Positions 9,166 to 20,349 are shown, counted from the stretch's first letter. The stretch is DNA of 64,000 bases from Salinivirgaceae bacterium (GCA_024405635.1 JAKSOL010000002.1:64001-128000), one strand, 5' to 3'. Translations and numbers: made by a program. The notes: a model not told the origin generated them from the letters alone.

Positions 9166-11523
9166 CTATTTTTTTAGTTTAATAACCTCGCCAGCTTTGG
9201 TTTTTAGGTTGTAAACAAAAGTGTTTCCATCTTTTTCGGCAGTAGCGTTGGCAAGTTTAAGCTCGTTTTTGGTTCTGATTTTCAAATCGTTGCCATTGCG
9301 CGATACTATGCGAGCTTCAACAATCTCGTTGTTTTGCCAGTAAATGTCAACTTCAAAAGCACCGCGGGCGCAAAGACCTTTAACGTGGCCGTTTGCAAAC
9401 TTGTCGGGCAAAGCGGGTAACAAAAACAACTCGCCGCCATGGCTTTGCAAAAGTAGTTCGGCAATGCCAGCTGTGCAGCCAAAGTTGCCATCGATTTGAA
9501 AAGGTGGGTGTGCATCAAACAAGTTGGCGTATGTTCCACCTTTGCCCCAAAATCCTTTGGTGTTGCAAAGGTCAAGTTGGTCGGTTATTAGTTTGTAAGC
9601 ATGGTTGCCATCGAGTAGGCGAGCCCAAAGACACACTTTCCAACCCATTGACCAACCGGTCGATTCGTCGGTGCGGTATATCAAACTTTGTTTGGCCGCG
9701 TTAAAGAATTCGGGAGTGTTTGGAGTTATTTCTTCGCCAGGATACAAACCGTAAAGGTGCGACACGTGGCGGTGATGGTCGTCAACACGGTCCCAATCGT
9801 TAAACCACTCTTGCAATTGTCCATGTTGTCCAACTTTTAGAGGCGCCAAGCGCGAACGAAGAAAAGCTATTGAGTCGGCAAATTCGTGGTCAACGTTAAG
9901 TAGAACGGCATCGTTAATAACGTTTGTAAACAATTCGCGAATCATTGAATTGTCCATTGTAACGCCGTAGCAGTTGCTCAGTCCTTGTTGGTATTCGTTT
10001 TCGGGCGAGTAGCTTGGTGCCACAACCATGTAGCCCGAATTTGGGTCTTGTACTAGAAAATCGACAAAGAATTCGGCTGCGCTTTTCATTATTGGATAAA
10101 CGTCTTTCAAGAATTCAATGTCTTGGGTAAAGTTGTATTGTTCTTGCAAATGGCGGCATAGCCAAGCGCAACCAGTGGGCCACATTCCGGCACCTGCGTA
10201 GTCAACAGCGCCTGTTGTGCGCCAAATGTCGGTGTTGTGGTGCACAGTCCAACCGCGCGAGTTGTACATCAATTTAGCGCTTTGTTGTCCGCTAACCGAT
10301 AGTTCGCGAATCATTCGTAAAAATGGCTCGTGAGTTTCGGCAAGGTTGCACACAAGGCTAGGCCAATAGTTCATTTCGGCGTTTATGTTGGTTGTGTATT
10401 TGCTGTCCCAAGCAGCATTTTTGTTTGCATTCCAAATACCTTGTAGGTTGGCGGCTTGTGTGCCAGGCATCGAAGAGGAGATGAGCAGGTAGCGGCCAAA
10501 TTGGAAATATAGTTCAACCAATTGAGCATCGTCGCTGTTTTTAAAGTCGCGCACGCGCTCGTCGGTGTTTTTGGTTGCAAACTGATTGTTACCAAGGTTT
10601 AGTTCAACTCGGCTAAATAGTTTGCGGTATTGCTCAACATGGGCGTTGTGCATATTGGCAAACGATTTGCCTTGAGCTTTTTGCAAAAGAGTCAAACTAT
10701 TGTCAAGTTTTGCATCGTCAATAGTTAGGTAGTCTTTAAAATTGGTAGCAATTGAAATTAAAATTATGGCACTGTTGGCGTTTGAAATTTGCAAAGCGCT
10801 GTCGCCTAGTGCGGTAACCGAACCTCCGTTTGTTTTAATGTCAACAATGGTGCGGAATTTTAGTTTGCTTTCAATGCCTTCAAAATCGTCGCAATGGCCA
10901 TCAATGGTTAGCTGATTGCCTTCGGCTTTTACAGTAAAGTGCTCGGGCGATTTAAAGTATGCGTTAAAGTTTATTTTGCCTTTTTGGTCGGCAGTAAGGT
11001 TAATAACTTCAACATTATCGGCAAACGACGAAATGTAGTTGCGGGTGTAGTTTACGTTGTTGGCTGTAAATGAAGTTGTTACAGTGGCAAGGTTTAAGTC
11101 TAGTTCGCGGTGATAGTTAGTAAACTCAAATTCGCCAAAATCCATAAACAATTCGCCAATAGGTTGGTAGGCTTGTCCGTGGTGAGTTTTTGAAATAATG
11201 TACTGGTCGGCCAAACCTTGCGCCTCGCGATATTTGCCAGCAAACATAAGGTCTTGTATTTCCTTAATGTGCTCGGCTGATTGAGGGTTAATGTTGTTGT
11301 TTGGGCTGCCAGTCCAAAACGAGTCTTCGTTTAGTTGAATACGGTCAATGTTTGCGCCCGAATAAACCATGCCACCAAGTCGGCCGTTGCCTATTGGAAG
11401 AGCGTCGGTCCATTCGCGAGCGGCGTAATCGTAGTTCAGTTTAAGTTCGCGCATCTCGCTTTTGCTTTGGCAACTAGCTAAAAACAATGACGCTAACGCT
11501 GCAATTAAATGGAGTTTCTTCAT
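9166..11523 (-). CDS. GH95 alpha-L-fucosidase/alpha-L-galactosidase (lipoprotein)
   Basis: LASC lipobox; [36 protein letters not shown] and [11 protein letters not shown] motifs. Start at MKKLHL. Confidence 0.92.
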   Translation of the reverse strand: MKKLHLIAALASLFLASCQSKSEMRELKLNYDYAAREWTDALPIGNGRLGGMVYSGANIDRIQLNEDSFWTGSPNNNINPQSAEHIKEIQDLMFAGKYREAQGLADQYIISKTHHGQAYQPIGELFMDFGEFEFTNYHRELDLNLATVTTSFTANNVNYTRNYISSFADNVEVINLTADQKGKINFNAYFKSPEHFTVKAEGNQLTIDGHCDDFEGIESKLKFRTIVDIKTNGGSVTALGDSALQISNANSAIILISIATNFKDYLTIDDAKLDNSLTLLQKAQGKSFANMHNAHVEQYRKLFSRVELNLGNNQFATKNTDERVRDFKNSDDAQLVELYFQFGRYLLISSSMPGTQAANLQGIWNANKNAAWDSKYTTNINAEMNYWPSLVCNLAETHEPFLRMIRELSVSGQQSAKLMYNSRGWTVHHNTDIWRTTGAVDYAGAGMWPTGCAWLCRHLQEQYNFTQDIEFLKDVYPIMKSAAEFFVDFLVQDPNSGYMVVAPSYSPENEYQQGLSNCYGVTMDNSMIRELFTNVINDAVLLNVDHEFADSIAFLRSRLAPLKVGQHGQLQEWFNDWDRVDDHHRHVSHLYGLYPGEEITPNTPEFFNAAKQSLIYRTDESTGWSMGWKVCLWARLLDGNHAYKLITDQLDLCNTKGFWGKGGTYANLFDAHPPFQIDGNFGCTAGIAELLLQSHGGELFLLPALPDKFANGHVKGLCARGAFEVDIYWQNNEIVEARIVSRNGNDLKIRTKNELKLANATAEKDGNTFVYNLKTKAGEVIKLKK

Positions 11524-11712
11524 ACGTTGAATAATTTTAGGTGATGCAAGGTATGATAAAAAAACCAAATGCGCCCATTTGTTAAAAAAATGTTGGACGT
11601 GCGTTTTTTGTGCTCAATTGTTTGTGTTTCACTATAAAACTGCTCAACTCACTTTCGTTTTTTGGCTGCGCCTATTTACCTTTGCACCGCAAATTTTTTG
11701 AAACATAAGTCT

Positions 11713-14487
11713 ATGGGCAATCAAAATATTGAAATAAAGGGCGCTAGAGTTCATAATTTAAAGAACGTCGATTTGCAAATTCCTCGCAATAAGCTAGTTG
11801 TGATTACTGGTGTGTCGGGTTGTGGTAAGTCGTCGTTGGCATTTGATACACTTTATGCCGAAGGTCAGCGCCGCTATGTTGAGAGCCTTTCAACTTATGC
11901 GCGCCAATTTTTAGGCCGATTTAACAAGCCCGAGGTCGATTTTATTAGAGGCATTCCGCCAGCAATTGCCATTGAACAAAAGGTAAACACCACCAATCCG
12001 CGCTCAACCGTTGGTACTTCAACCGAAATTTACGATTACCTAAAACTGTTGTTTGCGCGCATTGGTAAAACATACTCGCCAGTGTCGGGACAATTGGTAA
12101 AAAAACACACAGTGCAAGATGTGGTTGACTTTTTGCTCTCGTATCCGCAAGGCACAAAAGCAATGGTTATGGCTCCTGTGCTTGTGTCAAAAGACCGCCC
12201 TGCCGACCGCGCCGTTGAAATACTAAAACAGCAAGGATACTCGCGTGTTGAGGTTAATGGCGAGGTGCTTACTGTTGACGAATACAAGCCCAAGAAAAAA
12301 GATTTGCTAAATGTGGTTATTGACCGTGTAATGGCAAATCCAGCGCAAGATAACGTGAGCCGCATTTCCGATTCGGTTCAAACTGCTTTTTTTGAGGGAA
12401 TGGGGCAGTGCATTGTTAAAGTGTATCCAAGTGGTCAAGATGTTGTAACTCAAAGTTTTTCAAATCGATTTGAGGCCGACGGCATGTTGTTTACCGAACC
12501 AACCGAACACCTATTCAGTTTTAACACTCCACTTGGCGCGTGCCCAAAATGCGAGGGCTTTGGTCATGTTATTGGTACCGATCCCGATTTGGTTATCCCT
12601 GATAAGTCGCTCTCAATTTACAACGATGCAGTAGCTTGTTGGCGAGGCGATAAAATGAGCAAGTGGAAAGACCAATTTGTGATGAATAGCGACAAGATTG
12701 ATGTGCCTATTCATAAGGCTATCAGTAAGTTTACGCCCGAGCAGATGGAACTTTTGTGGAACGGAAACAAGTACGTTAAAGGCATAAACCACTTTTTTAA
12801 ATATCTTGAAGAAAACCAGTACAAAATACAATATAGGGTAATGATGTCGCGTTTTCGCGGCCGCACTATTTGCCCCGATTGTAAAGGAATGCGCCTACGT
12901 ACCGAATCAAATTACGTTAAAGTGGGCGGCTACACCATTAGCCAATTGGTTTCAATGCCAATAAGCAAGCTTAATAGCGTGGTTAATAACCTTGAACTTA
13001 CCGAACACGAAACCGAAGTGAGCCAACGTTTGCTCACCGAAATACGCAGTCGCATCGGTTTTTTGAACGATATTGGTTTGGGTTATCTTACACTCAACCG
13101 CGCATCAATGACTTTGAGTGGCGGCGAAAGTCAACGTATAAACCTTGCAACATCGCTTGGCAGCAGTTTGGTTGGTTCGCTCTACATTCTCGACGAACCT
13201 AGCATCGGTTTGCATCCTCGCGATACACAGTTGCTTATCAATGTGTTGCGCAATTTGCAACGTTTGGGAAACACTGTGGTGGTGGTTGAGCACGACGAAG
13301 ATATTATGCGTTGCGCCGATCAGATTATTGATATTGGTCCGCTTGCTGGCCGTCATGGTGGCGAGGTGGTTTTTCAAGGCGACCACAACCAACTCTTGGC
13401 AAGCGATAGCCTAACCGCTCAATACTTAACAGGAAAACTGAAAATTGAAGTGCCTAAATTCCGTCGCAAATGGAATAATTACATTAGTGTTGAGGGAGCA
13501 ACCGAAAATAACCTAAAGAACATTGATGTTAAATTTCCGCTTGGCACAATGACGGTAGTTACTGGTGTGTCGGGTTCGGGAAAATCGACTTTGGTTAACA
13601 AAATTTTGTACACTGCGCTGCGTCGTCACTTTGGCGAATCGACCGATGTGAAGTGCGCATTTAACAAACTGGGCGGCGACTTGCATTTGGTTAATGGTAT
13701 TGAAATGGTTGATCAAAATCCAATAGGAAAATCAAGTCGTTCAAATCCGTGTACTTACATAAAGGCTTTTGATGAGATTCGAAAACTATATGCGTCGCAA
13801 AAAGCTGCCAAGTTAGCTGGGCTCACTGCTGCTCACTTTTCGTTTAACGTTGACGGTGGCAGATGCGACGAGTGTCAAGGCGATGGTTACATTAAAATAA
13901 GCATGCAGTTTATGGCTGATGTTGAGATGGTGTGCGAAAGCTGCCATGGCCAACGATTTAAGCAAACAGTGCTTGATGTTAGGTACAATGGAAAAAACGT
14001 AAACGATGTGCTTGAAATGACTGTGAACGAGGCTATTGAGTTCTTTTCACAAAAGGAAGGTGCTACCGAAAAGAAAATTATTGAGCGCTTGCAACCATTG
14101 GTCGATGTAGGTTTGGGCTACGTTAAACTTGGTCAGGCTTCGAGCACACTAAGTGGCGGCGAAAGTCAACGCATTAAGTTAGCTTCGTTTTTGGCGGCCG
14201 AGCAGGTTGGAAAGCACACCTTGTTCATTTTTGACGAGCCTACAACCGGCTTGCACTTTAACGACATTAGCAAACTGCTTAAAACATTCAATACGTTGGT
14301 ATCTCGAGGTAACTCGCTTATAGTTATTGAGCACAATATGGATGTTATTAAAAGCGCCGACTGGATTATTGACCTTGGTCCCAATGGTGGCGAAAATGGC
14401 GGAAATGTTGTTTGCCAAGGAACTCCAGAGCAAGTGGCACAATGTGAACAATCGGCAACAGGTCAACATTTAAAGTCGGTTTTGTAA
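11713..14487 (+). CDS. uvrA: Excinuclease ABC subunit A
   Basis: GARVHNLKN; two ABC cassettes (GVSGCGKSS and GVSGSGKST, LSGGE twice, DEP twice); CxxC zinc fingers. TACCTTTG -7 box at 11677-11684. Confidence 0.96.
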   Translation: MGNQNIEIKGARVHNLKNVDLQIPRNKLVVITGVSGCGKSSLAFDTLYAEGQRRYVESLSTYARQFLGRFNKPEVDFIRGIPPAIAIEQKVNTTNPRSTVGTSTEIYDYLKLLFARIGKTYSPVSGQLVKKHTVQDVVDFLLSYPQGTKAMVMAPVLVSKDRPADRAVEILKQQGYSRVEVNGEVLTVDEYKPKKKDLLNVVIDRVMANPAQDNVSRISDSVQTAFFEGMGQCIVKVYPSGQDVVTQSFSNRFEADGMLFTEPTEHLFSFNTPLGACPKCEGFGHVIGTDPDLVIPDKSLSIYNDAVACWRGDKMSKWKDQFVMNSDKIDVPIHKAISKFTPEQMELLWNGNKYVKGINHFFKYLEENQYKIQYRVMMSRFRGRTICPDCKGMRLRTESNYVKVGGYTISQLVSMPISKLNSVVNNLELTEHETEVSQRLLTEIRSRIGFLNDIGLGYLTLNRASMTLSGGESQRINLATSLGSSLVGSLYILDEPSIGLHPRDTQLLINVLRNLQRLGNTVVVVEHDEDIMRCADQIIDIGPLAGRHGGEVVFQGDHNQLLASDSLTAQYLTGKLKIEVPKFRRKWNNYISVEGATENNLKNIDVKFPLGTMTVVTGVSGSGKSTLVNKILYTALRRHFGESTDVKCAFNKLGGDLHLVNGIEMVDQNPIGKSSRSNPCTYIKAFDEIRKLYASQKAAKLAGLTAAHFSFNVDGGRCDECQGDGYIKISMQFMADVEMVCESCHGQRFKQTVLDVRYNGKNVNDVLEMTVNEAIEFFSQKEGATEKKIIERLQPLVDVGLGYVKLGQASSTLSGGESQRIKLASFLAAEQVGKHTLFIFDEPTTGLHFNDISKLLKTFNTLVSRGNSLIVIEHNMDVIKSADWIIDLGPNGGENGGNVVCQGTPEQVAQCEQSATGQHLKSVL

Positions 14488-14522
14488 TACGATAAAACGG
14501 TAATTATTAGTTGAGTTAAAAT

Positions 14523-14560
14523 ACAAAAGGCTGAACCTTAAACAAGGTTCAGCCTTTTGT
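14523..14560. terminator. Bidirectional terminator
   Basis: Perfect 17-bp stem ACAAAAGGCTGAACCTT-aaac-AAGGTTCAGCCTTTTGT. Confidence 0.9.
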
Positions 14561-14580
14561 TTAATGGTTGTATCAACCGT

Positions 14581-16671
14581 TTACAATTTTATTTTCAGCA
14601 TTGTTAGCGAGTAAGGTGCAAGTTTAAGAGTCATGTTTGACGAAACTTCAACTTGCTCGGTTACAGGCGAAACAGGATGTTGCTCGTAGTTGTTTTCGTC
14701 GTCTTGGTTGCCTTTTAAGGTTACTTTTTCGGCTTGAGGTTTCATGGTTGAGAAACGCGACAAGTCAACCTTTGCAGTTTTTTCGTTTGCAGTAACGTTG
14801 CAAACTTTAACAAATAATTCGCAAGTTTTGGTGTTAAGCACAACCGATTGTTCTTGCAAATATCCATCGCCTTCGCTCTTGTCGGCATTCTCAATGGTAA
14901 CGCAGTCTCCATAGTAGTAGTTTCCGGCCGATTGTCCAAACATTTGTTGAACATAGTAGCTGCAGGTTAAGAATGGACGCTCGTTATCGTAGTAAATCAA
15001 GTCTGGGTTCCAGTTGGTAGCACCTTTGCGAGCAAACAATGGAGCGTACGATGTCATTACAACAATATCGGCATTGCGTTCAACGTGAATCAAATATAGA
15101 GCCTCAGCAAGAGCATCGCCAAGTTGGTTGCCATGCGAGCGTTCTTGTGCTGAGTATTCGCCAAGATAAACTTTGGTTTTGCGGTCGCGTGGGTAAGAGT
15201 CGTATTGACGTGTTTTTAAGAAGTAGCTACGTGGTTCGTAGTAGTGCTCGTCAATAATTGGTATGCCAAGTTCTTCGGCAATTCTCCAACCATTTTCGTA
15301 GTCACCATCAGCATCTTCAGCTTTTTGTTTAGCGTGAGAACCTGGGCCATCGGTACCAACAATTACAATGTCAGGATATTTAGCCATTATTTTGTTGTAC
15401 ATGTATTTGAAGCGCTCTTCAAACTCTGGCGATATTTTTTCTTCGTTACCAATTCCTAAGTATTTCAAACCGAAAGGAGCAGGGTGGCCGGCAGCTGCAC
15501 GTACTTTACCCCATTTGGTGTTGGCATCACCATTTGCCCATTCAATAAGGTCAAGAGCATCTTGTACCCATTCGTCCATATCTTTCATGTCGCAAGCATC
15601 TTGTGCTTGAATTGGATACATGTTCCAGCCACCGTTTGTGCCTTGGCAGTTAACACCGCAAGGAAGAATTGGAACTGGTTGCATGCCCATGTCTTCGCAA
15701 AGTTGGAAGTACTCATAATAACCCAATGCTAACGATTGGTGATATCCCCAAGTGTTTTTTAGTTGTTTGCGGGTTTCTTTTGGACCAACTGAGTTTTTCC
15801 AACGGTATGTGTTCCAAAAACCGTCGCCACCGCCGTGAACAACGCATCCGCCTGGGAAACGCATAAATTTAGGATTCAAAGCCTCAAGAGCTTCAGCAAG
15901 GTCTTTGCGAATGCCATGGCCTTTGTATGTGTCTTGTGGAATAAGCGATACCATATCAATGTCCATCTCGCCATTTGTTCTTACAAGAATTTGCAACGAT
16001 GCTTGTGGGCAGTCGGCTACAGCGGTAAGGGTGACATTGTATTGTTTCCAGTTTTTGTCGGCAACAACAATTGAGTCTTCTGCAATAATTTGAGTTTCAG
16101 TTGGACCGGTTTCAGGGCTCCAGCTGCCTGGTTTTACAACTACAATGCGAACGTCTTTTGCTTCGCCACTAATGTTACGAGCAAAAATTGAGAAGTCGTA
16201 TTTTGCGTCTTTCACCATGCGCATGCCGTCCCAACCGTCGTTTTGCAAGCCGTAGCCTACCCAACCTTTGTAGTCGTAGAATTTGCGGCTACGCTCAATG
16301 TTCAAACGCATGTAATTTGGGTTGTTTGGGTGAATTGGGTTTTGTTGTTTTGCCTCAACCATACCTAGCGAGTGTCCGGGACGAATTATTTTCCATGCTG
16401 TGCTTGGGCCCCAACCATCGCGCTCGTTTGCATTAAACTCAAACGAACCGTTTTGTACCAACTCGGCATTTAAGCCACCGTCGGCCGACGAGCTGATGTC
16501 TTCAAAAAATATACCTAGCAATTCGTCGCTGATTTGCTTTCCGCCTTCGGGCGCTACCATTTTTTCGGCCACTGCAGCAGGGCCTGCAGCTTGTTGACCT
16601 TTGTCCGCATTAGGGACATTGTTGCACGCAACCAAGCCTGCAACCGAGAGTAGTAATAGTGACTTTTTCAT
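14581..16671 (-). CDS. GH51 alpha-L-arabinofuranosidase (lipoprotein)
   Basis: LVAC lipobox; GIFFEDI..ADGGLNAE, RFPGGC, IGNE (acid/base), GEY (nucleophile) and SYAPL motifs. Confidence 0.92.
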   Translation of the reverse strand: MKKSLLLLSVAGLVACNNVPNADKGQQAAGPAAVAEKMVAPEGGKQISDELLGIFFEDISSSADGGLNAELVQNGSFEFNANERDGWGPSTAWKIIRPGHSLGMVEAKQQNPIHPNNPNYMRLNIERSRKFYDYKGWVGYGLQNDGWDGMRMVKDAKYDFSIFARNISGEAKDVRIVVVKPGSWSPETGPTETQIIAEDSIVVADKNWKQYNVTLTAVADCPQASLQILVRTNGEMDIDMVSLIPQDTYKGHGIRKDLAEALEALNPKFMRFPGGCVVHGGGDGFWNTYRWKNSVGPKETRKQLKNTWGYHQSLALGYYEYFQLCEDMGMQPVPILPCGVNCQGTNGGWNMYPIQAQDACDMKDMDEWVQDALDLIEWANGDANTKWGKVRAAAGHPAPFGLKYLGIGNEEKISPEFEERFKYMYNKIMAKYPDIVIVGTDGPGSHAKQKAEDADGDYENGWRIAEELGIPIIDEHYYEPRSYFLKTRQYDSYPRDRKTKVYLGEYSAQERSHGNQLGDALAEALYLIHVERNADIVVMTSYAPLFARKGATNWNPDLIYYDNERPFLTCSYYVQQMFGQSAGNYYYGDCVTIENADKSEGDGYLQEQSVVLNTKTCELFVKVCNVTANEKTAKVDLSRFSTMKPQAEKVTLKGNQDDENNYEQHPVSPVTEQVEVSSNMTLKLAPYSLTMLKIKL

Positions 16672-16776
16672 TAGATTTGAATTAAATGTGTAAAATACAA
16701 TTAAAGCAAAGATAGAAAAAGACTAATACTAACAATTGAAATGATTGTTCAATTTGTTGCGGCAACGAGTTTTGCT

Positions 16777-18003
16777 CTATTTGAAAACTAAGGTTGAAAA
16801 ATTGTCAAAGTCAATTATTTGATTTGCTACATCAAGTATTTGTGTGGCGGTTATTGAGTTAACTTTCTCGCTTACAGTGTCAAACGAGTCAATGGTGTCA
16901 AATAATAAGCAACTGCGACCAAGGTTTATGGTAAGGCTCGAATAGTTTTCAATGCTCATGGCTAATTGTCCTATCATTTGTTTTTTTGCGCGGTCAAGTT
17001 GCAGAACGCCAAGTGGTTCGGTGCAAATTTTTTGCAATTCGGTACGAATAATTTGCAAGCACTTTTCAACTCGCTCGGCATCGGTGCCAAAATAGATGCC
17101 AAAAATGCCAGTGTCGGTGTATGGCGTATAAAACGATTCAATGTTGTAGGTGTAGCCACGTCGCTCGCGGAGGGCAAGGTTCAGCCGGCAGTTCATGCCC
17201 GGGCCTCCAATAATGTTGTTTATGAGTTCAAATGTGGTGCGCTTGTCGCTGTCGATAGGTAAAGCGCGGCCGCCAATAATGCAATGTGCTTGGTGCGAGT
17301 CGATGTTAACAACCTTGTTTTGCTTTACGTAGTTTGAAACTGCGGTGCGGTTGCTGCATCGTGTTGTGGCGGCAATTGTGCCAAAGTAGCGTTCGGCAAG
17401 TTGAACAAGCCGTTTAAAGTCAATTTGTCCAACCGAGCATATCACCATTTGGTCGGTGGCATAGTTGCGGTTCATAAACTGACGAATGTTGCTGTTGTGG
17501 TAGTCGGCAATCGATTCGGGTGTGCCTAAAATGTTGCGTCCTAGTGCGTTGCCTGCAAAAACAATATCTTCAAAATCGTCAAAAATTTGTTCGCTTGGCG
17601 AGTCTTTGTATGAGTTTATTTCGTCAATAACTACTTCTTTTTCCTTTTCAAGTTCTTTTTCGGGAAAAGTGGAGTTAAATACAATATCGGCAAACAATTC
17701 AAGTGTGCGTGGATAATATTCGTTCAAAAACGACGAATACAAGCAAGTTTCTTCTTTGGTGGTGTAGGCATCAATTTCGCCGCCCACGTTTTCCATGCAA
17801 CTTATAACTTGATAAGCCTTGCGGTGAGTTGTTCCTTTAAATATAGTGTGCTCAATAAAATGGGCAATGCCATGCTCGTTTGGTAGTTCGTCGCGCGAGC
17901 CGGTGTTTATAACCAACCCCACGTGTGCTACCTTGCTATTGGCCGATTGACTATGTATGAGTCTAATGCCGTTTGCTAATCGATGATATTGATACTCAAT
18001 CAA
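16777..18003 (-). CDS. M16 family (pitrilysin-like) zinc peptidase
   Basis: GSRDE...GIAHFIEH (HxxEH) and LRERRG.TY. Probable TTG start at 18003; the longer ORF-track start lies inside a terminator. Confidence 0.9.
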   Translation of the reverse strand: MIEYQYHRLANGIRLIHSQSANSKVAHVGLVINTGSRDELPNEHGIAHFIEHTIFKGTTHRKAYQVISCMENVGGEIDAYTTKEETCLYSSFLNEYYPRTLELFADIVFNSTFPEKELEKEKEVVIDEINSYKDSPSEQIFDDFEDIVFAGNALGRNILGTPESIADYHNSNIRQFMNRNYATDQMVICSVGQIDFKRLVQLAERYFGTIAATTRCSNRTAVSNYVKQNKVVNIDSHQAHCIIGGRALPIDSDKRTTFELINNIIGGPGMNCRLNLALRERRGYTYNIESFYTPYTDTGIFGIYFGTDAERVEKCLQIIRTELQKICTEPLGVLQLDRAKKQMIGQLAMSIENYSSLTINLGRSCLLFDTIDSFDTVSEKVNSITATQILDVANQIIDFDNFSTLVFK

Positions 18004-18055
18004 CTTTGTTTTGTTTTTTTTTGCGGCTGCAATTTTACACATAAGCAACCGAAAC

Positions 18056-18091
18056 AAAAAAGCCCTGCCCAAAATTATGAGCAAGGCTTTT
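18056..18091 (-). terminator. Terminator after the 169-aa lipoprotein
   Basis: Minus strand AAAGCCTTGCTC-loop-GGGCAGGGCTTTTTT. Confidence 0.65.
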
Positions 18092-18113
18092 GGTTATTTT
18101 ATGAGGTGAATAA

Positions 18114-18623
18114 TTATTTCTTCTCAAGATTTTCGTACTCCTCAAGGGTAAGTTTTTCTGCCTTGTATGAAACAGGGAATTCGCCACCTAGAGCTGCGCT
18201 TGAAATGGCCAAAGAGCATTTAATTGAATCGTTTACAAATTGACCTTTGATGCCAACAGCAGTAAGTAGGGCAGAAAGAACAATGCTATCGCTTGCAAAT
18301 GTTTTGTCAGCGTTCAATTTAAGTCCAGGAACTTTAATGTCCATAGCTGGCAATTGCATTGGCAAATCTGGAATGTCAAATTGAATTTGTTTAAAGTCGA
18401 AGTCGAAAGTGGTTTCGTCAGTATAAGTTACAACGCCAACAACGCCTTCGTTTTCTTTTTCACCAAATGTCATTGTGCCCAAATAAGCCTCTTGGTTTTC
18501 TGCCAAAGCTGGTTCTTTTTGCTCATTTTTTTTGTCGTCGTTGTTGTCATCTTCTTTGTCGCATGAAACAAATGCTAATGATGCTACTGCCAACAAGGCA
18601 AATGCTAATTTTTTAATTTTCAT
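18114..18623 (-). CDS. Hypothetical lipoprotein, possibly calycin/lipocalin-like beta-barrel
   Basis: FVSC lipobox followed by acidic DKEDDNNDD; YLGTMT motif and alternating beta-strand pattern. Confidence 0.6.
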   Translation of the reverse strand: MKIKKLAFALLAVASLAFVSCDKEDDNNDDKKNEQKEPALAENQEAYLGTMTFGEKENEGVVGVVTYTDETTFDFDFKQIQFDIPDLPMQLPAMDIKVPGLKLNADKTFASDSIVLSALLTAVGIKGQFVNDSIKCSLAISSAALGGEFPVSYKAEKLTLEEYENLEKK

Positions 18624-18959
18624 TGTTTTGTAATTTAATTGTTATAACTAAATATTGTTTTTTTAACTAGTTCAAAGGTACAAGGTTTTCTTTTTCGCAA
18701 AAGCACATTAATTGCCAAAGCAAGCAAATTGTGTTAAACGGAGTTCTTGTTGCGTTTTTGTTTTACGATTTAAGTTCTAATTAACTGAAAAACAATGCAA
18801 TATCAATGTTAGGTGTAAGGCTTGGTTTTTGACAAATAGCGGTTTTTACTTTTTTAACTTAAGTTGTTTAATACTTGCTTAAAGTTGTTAGGTAGTATAT
18901 CGGTTTCCCAAAAAATTTCTACTTTCAACGCCGATTTAAGAATTATAAAACAAACCGAT

Positions 18960-20327
18960 ATGTCAAACATCCCTTACAAAATTTATCTATCAGAGGAGGA
19001 AATTCCTGATAAATGGTATAACGTACGTGCCGATATGAAAAATAAACCAGCACCATTGCTTAATCCTGGTACTGGCCAACCTTTAACCGCAGAAGAAATG
19101 AGTGGCATTTTCTGCGAAGAGCTTGTAAAACAAGAACTTGATAACGATACTGCTTATTTCCCAATTCCTGAAGAAATTCGCAACTTCTATAAAATGTATC
19201 GTCCTTCGCCAGTGGTTCGAGCTTACTGCTTGGAGAAAAAACTTGGTACTCCAGCTGAGATTTACTACAAGTTTGAAGGAAATAACACTAGCGGTAGCCA
19301 CAAATTAAACTCAGCAATAGCTCAGGCATATTATGCTAAACAACAAGGGTTGAAAGGTGTTACAACCGAAACAGGTGCTGGTCAATGGGGCACTGCACTT
19401 TCAATGGCTTGTGCTTATTTGGGCCTTGACCTTAAAGTTTATATGGTAAAATGCTCGTATGAGCAAAAACCTTTCCGTCGCGAGGTGATGCGCACTTATG
19501 GCGCTAGCGTTACTCCTTCGCCATCAAACACAACTGAGGTTGGTCGTAAAATTTTGGCTGAGTTCCCTGGAACAACAGGTAGTCTTGGTTGTGCAATTTC
19601 TGAGGCTGTAGAGGTTGCTGTTACTAACCCTGGTTATCGGTATGTGTTAGGCTCGGTGCTTAATCAAGTTCTTTTGCATCAATCAATTATTGGTCTTGAG
19701 GCTAAAAAGGCATTAGACAAATATGGCGTAACTCCTGATATTATTATTGGTTGCGCTGGCGGTGGTTCAAACCTTGGAGGTTTAATTTCACCATTTATGG
19801 GCGAAAAACTACGTGGCGAAAAAGACTATCGATTCATTGCAGTTGAGCCTGCATCGTGTCCAAGTTTCACTCGCGGCGTTTATGCATACGACTTTTGCGA
19901 TACTGGTAAAATTTGCCCATTGGCAAAAATGTACACACTTGGTAGCAGCTTTATTCCATCGGCAAACCACGCAGGTGGATTGCGTTTCCATGGCATGAGC
20001 TCAACTTTGTCGCAACTTTACGATGATAAGTTGATGGAGGCTGTTGCTGTTGAACAAACTAGCGTGTTTGAGGCTGCTGAAATGTTTGCTCGTGTTGAGG
20101 GTATTTTGCCAGCTCCTGAAAGTTCGCACGCAATTCGTGTTGCAATTGACGAGGCTTTGAAGTGCAAAGAAACTGGCGAGAAAAAGAAAATCTTGTTCGG
20201 CCTTACTGGTACTGGCTACTTCGATCTTGTTGCTTACGAGAAGTTTAACAATGGCGAAATGTCTGACTATATTCCAACCGACGAGGATTTGGCAAAAAGT
20301 ATTTCGCAACTTCCAAAGGTGAAATAA
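18960..20327 (+). CDS. trpB2: TrpB-like PLP-dependent enzyme (TrpB2 type)
   Basis: IP.KWYN, GSHKLNSA (PLP Lys), TETGAGQWG, GSLGCAISEA, HAGGLR and PAPESSHA motifs. No adjacent trpA. Confidence 0.9.
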   Translation: MSNIPYKIYLSEEEIPDKWYNVRADMKNKPAPLLNPGTGQPLTAEEMSGIFCEELVKQELDNDTAYFPIPEEIRNFYKMYRPSPVVRAYCLEKKLGTPAEIYYKFEGNNTSGSHKLNSAIAQAYYAKQQGLKGVTTETGAGQWGTALSMACAYLGLDLKVYMVKCSYEQKPFRREVMRTYGASVTPSPSNTTEVGRKILAEFPGTTGSLGCAISEAVEVAVTNPGYRYVLGSVLNQVLLHQSIIGLEAKKALDKYGVTPDIIIGCAGGGSNLGGLISPFMGEKLRGEKDYRFIAVEPASCPSFTRGVYAYDFCDTGKICPLAKMYTLGSSFIPSANHAGGLRFHGMSSTLSQLYDDKLMEAVAVEQTSVFEAAEMFARVEGILPAPESSHAIRVAIDEALKCKETGEKKKILFGLTGTGYFDLVAYEKFNNGEMSDYIPTDEDLAKSISQLPKVK

Positions 20328-20349
20328 TTCACATTAATTGATTTTATAG

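Noticed and set aside
18624-18959. Trp attenuator leader for trpB2
   Set aside because: No Trp-codon leader peptide or alternative terminator structure seen.
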